NCBI GenBank assembly: GCA_964016885.1
Contig: OZ024742.1
Coordinates: 202,430,001-202,494,000, forward strand
From: Eledone cirrhosa
Lineage: Eukaryota
Length of the DNA stretch: 64,000 bases
Direction of reading: 5' to 3'
Each line of letters begins with the position of its first letter. Positions within the stretch are counted from its first letter, which is position 1. A program made the position numbers and the translations under genes. Below, piece by piece: positions 57,947 through 64,000 of this stretch. The notes beneath the pieces were generated by a model. That model had not been told where the DNA came from, did no database searches, and worked only from the letters and a program-made list of their open reading frames with translations.

Positions 57947-59449
57947 CCTCTTCATGGACGATCTTAATCTCTTCGGGAAGAGTGAGAAGGATTTGGATGT
58001 GCTTTTGACACTGTCCGTATTTTCAGCAACGATATATGTATGTAATTTTGTATTAGTAAGTGTGGAGTCCTTGTGATGAAGAGGGGGTAAATTGAGCAGA
58101 AGCAACGGAATCCAGGTACCAACAGGTGAGATGATAAAGGAAATTGACACTGAAGAAAGATACAAATATTTAGGTGTTCTGGAAGCAGATGACATCAAGA
58201 ACAAAAAAAATGAAGGAATTGATAATCCCTACATTCGGAGAGTAAGGAGCATATTAAAATCACATCCGACCAGTAGGAATGCCATAAGTGCAGCAAATCC
58301 CCGAGCTGTGTCTATTATTAGGTACAGTGCGGGAATTCTGAGATGGAATGTTGCTGAACAAAAAGAAATGGGTAGGAAGACTAGGAAGCTATTGACTATC
58401 TACAACATCTTCCACAAGAGGAGTGATGTCGATAGACTCTACTTAAGGAGATCTGAAGGTGGAAGAGGTCTTATCAGCACAGAGGACTGTGTTCAGATGG
58501 AGAAAAACAACCTACACAAATACATGACTGATAGTAGGGAGCCATGCTCGGAATTGTACTGAAGGAGAGGACAATAGACCAGGGGATGTCCAAGGAAATA
58601 ACAACACGGAGGAAGAGCAACCTCCATGAAAAATCACTTCATAGTACCTTCTTTGAGAAAACTGAATTTAGAGATCCACAGATATGGAACTGGTTGAAAA
58701 GAGGAGACCTTAAAAAGGCTACAGAAGGAATGCTAATGGCTGCGCAAGAGCAAGCCCTCAAAACGAAGTGGGTGAAACACCATATTTACAAGGAGGAGGC
58801 TAGCCCACTGTGTAGACAGAGAGGAGACTGTGGCTCACACTGTATGCGAGTGTAAACACCTAGCCCAAACTCACTATAAAGGCTGGAGACATGATGTGAT
58901 GGGCAGAGTGATCCACTGGCACCTATGAAAAGTAAACAATTTACCGCATTCTGAGAAGTGGTATGAGCATAAGCCAGAGTCGGCGATAGAAAACGATCAG
59001 GTGAAGTTGCTGTGGGATTTTAAGATACATACGGACAAGAAACTGGAACACAATAGACCTGACCTGGTGGTTTTGGACAAGGAAAAAAGATCGTGCCTGA
59101 CTTTAGATGTAGCCTGCCCATTCGACACGAGAGTGCAAGAGAAGGAGAGGGAGAAAATTAACCGATACCAGGACTTAAAGTGGGAGGTAAAAAGGATTTG
59201 GAACTGCCATGAAGTCAAAGTGGTCCCGATTATCATAGGCGCACTAGATACTATCTCAAAGAGTTTCCAAGGATGGTTAAAGAAAATTAGTCCAGCCCCG
59301 CTTTTTGGAACACTTAAAAAGGCATGCTTGCTGGGAACAGCAAGAATCCTCCGATACGTCCTGAATATCTGAGGCTGCAGGTAGTGGCTTGATATTCATT
59401 TCAACAAACTTTCCAGTTAAATAACATCAATGATTGACACTCAAAGAAC

Positions 59450-59450
<1 letters not shown>
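57947..59450 (+). mobile_element. 5'-truncated R4/Dong-type non-LTR retrotransposon (RT end + RLE), disrupted
   Basis: LFMDDL, YKYLG, GGRGL, RHD, HNRPDLVV..DVACPFD..KINRYQDL; (AAT)n on both sides. Confidence 0.88.
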
Positions 59451-59499
<49 letters not shown>

Positions 59500-60480
59500 G
59501 AGGACTGTGTTCAGATGGAGAAAAACAACCTATACAAATACGTGAGCTATAGTAAGGAGCCAATGCTCAGAGCTGTACTGAAGGAGGGGACAGTAGGCCA
59601 GGGGATGTCCAGGGAGGAAATAACATCAAGGAGGAAGAGCAGCCTTAAGGGAAAACCCCTTCATAGTACCTTCTTTGAGAAAACTGAATTTAGAGATCCA
59701 CAGACATGGAACTGGTTGAGAAGAGGAGACCTCAAAAAGGCTACAGAAGGAATGCTAATGGCTGCGCAGGAGCAGGCCCTCAAAACGAAGTGGTTGAAGC
59801 ACCATATCTACAAGGAGGAGGCCAGCCCACTGTGCAGGATCTGTGGAGAGAGAGAGGAGACTGTGGCTCACATTGTGTCCGAGTGTAAACACCTAGCCCA
59901 GACCCACTATAAGGGCTGGAGACACGATGTGATGGGCAGGGTGATCCACTGGCACCTGTGCAAAGTAAACAATCTACCACATTCTGAGAAATGGTATGAG
60001 CATAGGCCAGAGGCGGTGATGGAGAACAATCAGGTGAAGGTGCTGTGGGATTTTAGGATACAGACGGACAAAAAACTGGAACACAATATACCTGACCTGG
60101 TGGTTGTGGACAAAGAAAAAAGATCGTGCCTGATTGTGGATGTGGCCTGCCCGTTCGACACGAGAGTGCAAGAGAAGGAGAGGGAGAAAATTAACCGATA
60201 CCAAGACCTAAAGTGGGAGGTGAAAAGGATTTGGAACTGCCATGAAGTCAAAGTGATCCCGATTGTCATAGGCGCACTGGGGACTATCTCCAAAAGTTTC
60301 CAGGGATGGTTAAAGAAAATCGGCCCCTTCACGCTTTTTGGAACGCTTCAAAAGGCATGCTTGCTTGGAACAGCAAGAACCCTCCGATACGTCCTGAATA
60401 TCTGAGGCTGCAGGTAGTGGCTTGATATTCAATCCAACGGACTTTCCAGTTAACCAACATCAATGACTGAGATTCAAGGA
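59500..60480 (+). mobile_element. Second, shorter R4/Dong-type copy in tandem (open 296-aa C-terminal part 59515-60405)
   Basis: CRICGEREETVAHIVSEC, RHD, PD..D..K endonuclease motifs; (AAT)n flanks. Confidence 0.9.
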
Positions 60481-60509
60481 ATAACAATAACAATAATAAT
60501 AATAATAAT

Positions 60510-63500
60510 GTTTTCTTTATTAACCACAAGGGTTTACATAAAGTAGACATTAAGGACAGTACAGGACAATACAGGACGGTACAAATGGGCATTTCTGCGT
60601 GTAAAAAAAACGGAGGTTGAAATAAAATAACGAAGAAAAATTCCCCAATAGGGGGGAGACTTCGGAGGGACATTTGTGGAGAAAGCCCATTAAAATACCA
60701 CAGTGGCCCTGACCACCAGGGCAAGTGCCCTCTCCCAGTTTTCCACCTTTAATTTACAGACACATACTCAGAGAAGGCCAATTCATTCGGGCCATACTTG
60801 CTTCTCTCACCCATCTTTCAACAAAACCTGGGAAGAGAGCACTTCCCTCTCTACCCTGATTTTCCTTTTCAAATGAAATTTGAAAAAGTTAATCAGGGCA
60901 TCACCGAAGAGGTAAGTGCTCGTCTTCAGCCCTTTCAAACGTGTCCACCATACTATCTCTTTCGCCATGGCCACCAGACAGATAAAAACTGCCTGCCCTT
61001 CCCGGCTAAAGGAAGGGGGTGGGGAAATCCTCACGATGGACTCAGCTGATAGCTGGATCCGTCCTACACGTGACAGCAGGTGTTCGACATAAACCCACAA
61101 GTCAGCAATGCTCGACGAGTGCGTGCAGGACGGTTTCGTCGCCCTGCTTGCATCTCGGACATGCCCGGCTGACGGCACCTCCATGCCTGTAGAGTTTATC
61201 CCGAACTGGCAAAGCTCCTCGGTAGCACTGCCAGGCCAGGGATTTCTGGAAGTTGTCCATAGGCCCCGGCCCGAAAGTCCTTCCGAAGAGATTGGCTAGT
61301 TGATTTTCGTCGACGCCTAGAGTTTCTCCAAGTACGTCGTCGCTCTTCCCCTCAAATAATCCCCTATAGAACGCCAAGGTGGAGTTTCCACCGATCACAT
61401 TGCCCGATTGGTCGAGGGCTGTGAGCGCCTGAAGATATTCCAGTCTCCAAGCGCTCCCTCTCGGTCTTCGCTTGACCCAGGACTGCAGCTCCGTCAAGGA
61501 GACGAGCTGGGGAAAAACGCGTCTAGCAAACGGCGACCACACCTGATCACCGTCGAGGAAGAGGTGGAGATGTCGTAGCCTGAGCGCGTGTCTGCGCATC
61601 ATCAGCCACGGCATGCCCAGCCCTCCACGTAGCGGGTGTTGACAGCAGATGGACCGCCTGACCATCGGAGCGCGTCCCTTCCACAAGAAGCGAAACAGCA
61701 AACGCTCCAGCGCAGTCAGGCGGGGCTTAGGACAAGGTACGACGGTCAGGCGGTAGTAGATGACGGATGCGATGTACGCATTCGCCACCTCCGCTCGACC
61801 TTTCAGGGATAGCTTCCTCTCGGCCCATTTCTGGGTCAGAGAAGCCACCCTGCTGGTCACCTCGTCCCAGTTTTTGTCCGTCTGGAGGTCTGGACCGAAC
61901 CAGACCCCTAGCAATTTAACCAGTCCGTCCGTCCAGCGCCCGACGACGCTGTTGGACGGCATGGACCTGCCTCTCCAGGTGCCGAGCTGCAGGCCCACTG
62001 ACTTTTCCTGGTTGATCATTGCTCCTGTCACCGCTTCGTATTCTCTTCGTGTAGTGCCGATCGCCTCGATGTGTTTAGCGTTCGACACCACTACGGTGAC
62101 ATCGTCGGCATATGCGGACACGGATCTTCCGCATCCTAGTTCGCGCGGGACTCCCCTCAACGTCTCCAGTTTGTGAAGTAATGGCTCGAGAGTCAATACG
62201 TACAAGAGGGACGAGAGGGGACATCCTTGGCGGACCAAGCGCATGATGTTGAACGGTTCTGAAAGGTGACTTTTCACTCTCACCACAGAGCAGATGCCGC
62301 TGTGCATGGCAGCGATCCAGCCTCTGAAGACGGGACAAAGCCAGACGCCTTCAGGACTGCCGCCAGGTAACGATGGTCGATCCTATCGAAAGCTTTCGAC
62401 TGATCTAAATTGATCAACGACCCACCCGTGCCAGGTTCCCTAGCTACCCTCTCTACGATGTATCGCTTGAGGTGGAGGTTGTCGTGGATGGATCTGTCGG
62501 AAATTGCGCATGTTTGCGCCTCTCCCACCAGACCCCAACGACAAGCGCCAACCTCTTTGCTAGCACCTTGGCCAAAATCTTGTACTTTCTGTTTAGCAGA
62601 GTTATGGGCTTGAAATTATCTATGTTATCCCCCTTGTTCGGATCCTTTCTCAGCACTGCCACCGCTCCTCGGCTCACAGAGCTGGGAATTCTCCCGATCT
62701 GTTGCCAGTTGCAGTAGACGTCCGCCAAGAGGCCTCCGAACAAGTCTGGCATCTGTACGTAAAGTTCATAGGGCAGACCATCCAAACGAGGCGATTTACC
62801 CCTTGTGCAGCCAGTCATTGCCTCCCGTAATTCAGCGGCTGTTATCAGCTTTTCGCAACACTCCGCCTCAGTGGCCAAGAGCCGCGGCAGTCCGTCGAGG
62901 TACACACTAAAGTCTATCCTTTGACCCGGCCCACCGCTGCCCCCGAACAGCTGAGCGAAGTGTCGCTGAAAAGCTTCAAACATTTGCCCAGGATCGAGTA
63001 GCATGCGCCCGTCGTGTTCCACCAAAGACCCGATCGTGGATATGTTGCCACGACGCGCCTCCGCCACTCAGGCCCATTGAACGGCTTTCGTCCCCTCGTG
63101 TCTGAGAGCACGCACTCTAGCTCTGACAACGCAGCCTTCGTGCTTTGCATTGAAGAATTGATCAAGGGCCAATTTCGCCGCATGTACGTCGGTCGCGATG
63201 GCTTTGCTAAGCGCCTCGTCTAATTTTCTAACTAGTTCTCCCTCTGCTCTATTTTTCTCTATTGTTAAAGCCTTACTAAACCTAATGAACTCTATTCTAA
63301 TCGCTCTTTTCAGAGCAAACCACCACTTGTTGTTGACGATATCCCTCGTCAACGCCTGCTTAACTAGTTCGCTAATCCGGTCTCTGTAGGCTTTGCGCGC
63401 TGGTAAGAACGCGTTTAGCTTCCAGTAGCCGGGTCCTCGTCTATGAAGCCTAAGTCAAGCACACAGATCACGAATTTCTGGTCCGTGTAGCTGACTATCT

Positions 63501-64000
63501 TGAATTGTGGACAGCCTATGCTAGACCTATCTATTTCCCTACAAAATACTCTATCTAGATATGATCTGGATAACCCTATCCGATTTGTCCAAGTCCACAT
63601 TGGCACATTCGGGAAATCCAATCGGTACCTGTCAGACAGTTCAAAACTCCTGAGCAGGTTGGTCAGGTTCTTGCACCCTCCTCCGCTATCCGCTAATCCC
63701 ACACAGTCCCAGCGTGCATCTAAGATCCCGTTCCAGTCGCCCACTAACACTAAAAAGCGGGACGTTCCAAGAAAGGTCTCTAGACGCCGGAAGAAATCAG
63801 GTCGCCCTGCTCCTGTCGGGGCTTAGACGGCCACTAGCCTGAAAGCTTGCCCGTCTCCGCTGGTCACGTCCAGCACCACCAACTTACCTTCTGGGTCCCG
63901 GAAGATGGCCCGTATGGCGAGACCCAAACCTCTCCGAAAAAGCACAGCAACTCCTTCCCCCGATCCAGGACGGCTGGGAGATGCGTACACATCGTAGCCG
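60510..64000 (-). mobile_element. Tx1/L1-type LINE ORF2 (APE + RT + zinc finger), disrupted, runs off the window
   Basis: VGDWN, SYLDRVF, KSPRLDGLP, LDQSKAFDR, RQGCPLS, AYADD, CPRC..ETVLHALVEHC; 3' end aataaagaaaaca abuts (AAT)n. Confidence 0.92.

Overview
AT-rich animal genomic DNA with no recognisable host gene. The SINE and microsatellite style suggests a cephalopod mollusc, but that is an inference. The window is almost all transposons and (TA)n/(CA)n microsatellites: degenerate Penelope-like elements (PLEs; RT plus C-terminal GIY-YIG endonuclease), an RTE LINE, Tx1/L1-type LINEs, two R4/Dong-type LINEs in (AAT)n, a CRE-like relic, two non-autonomous Helitrons and a tRNA-derived SINE family. 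The main signal is self-cleaving RNA motifs. A near-homogeneous ~7.2 kb tandem array (29961-37204; 310-bp unit, ~23.4 units) carries a type I hammerhead ribozyme (HHR) in each full unit and starts with an inverted partial copy. This is the layout of a non-LTR retrozyme / ribozyme satellite, predicted to release 310-nt structured, possibly circular, RNAs. About 20 more HHR motifs from roughly ten unrelated short families lie elsewhere, often as fold-back pairs between (TA)n tracts. They include non-canonical cores (U3-A8, U4C, U4A) and very long stem II insertions. All RNA structures were paired by eye; none was computed or tested.
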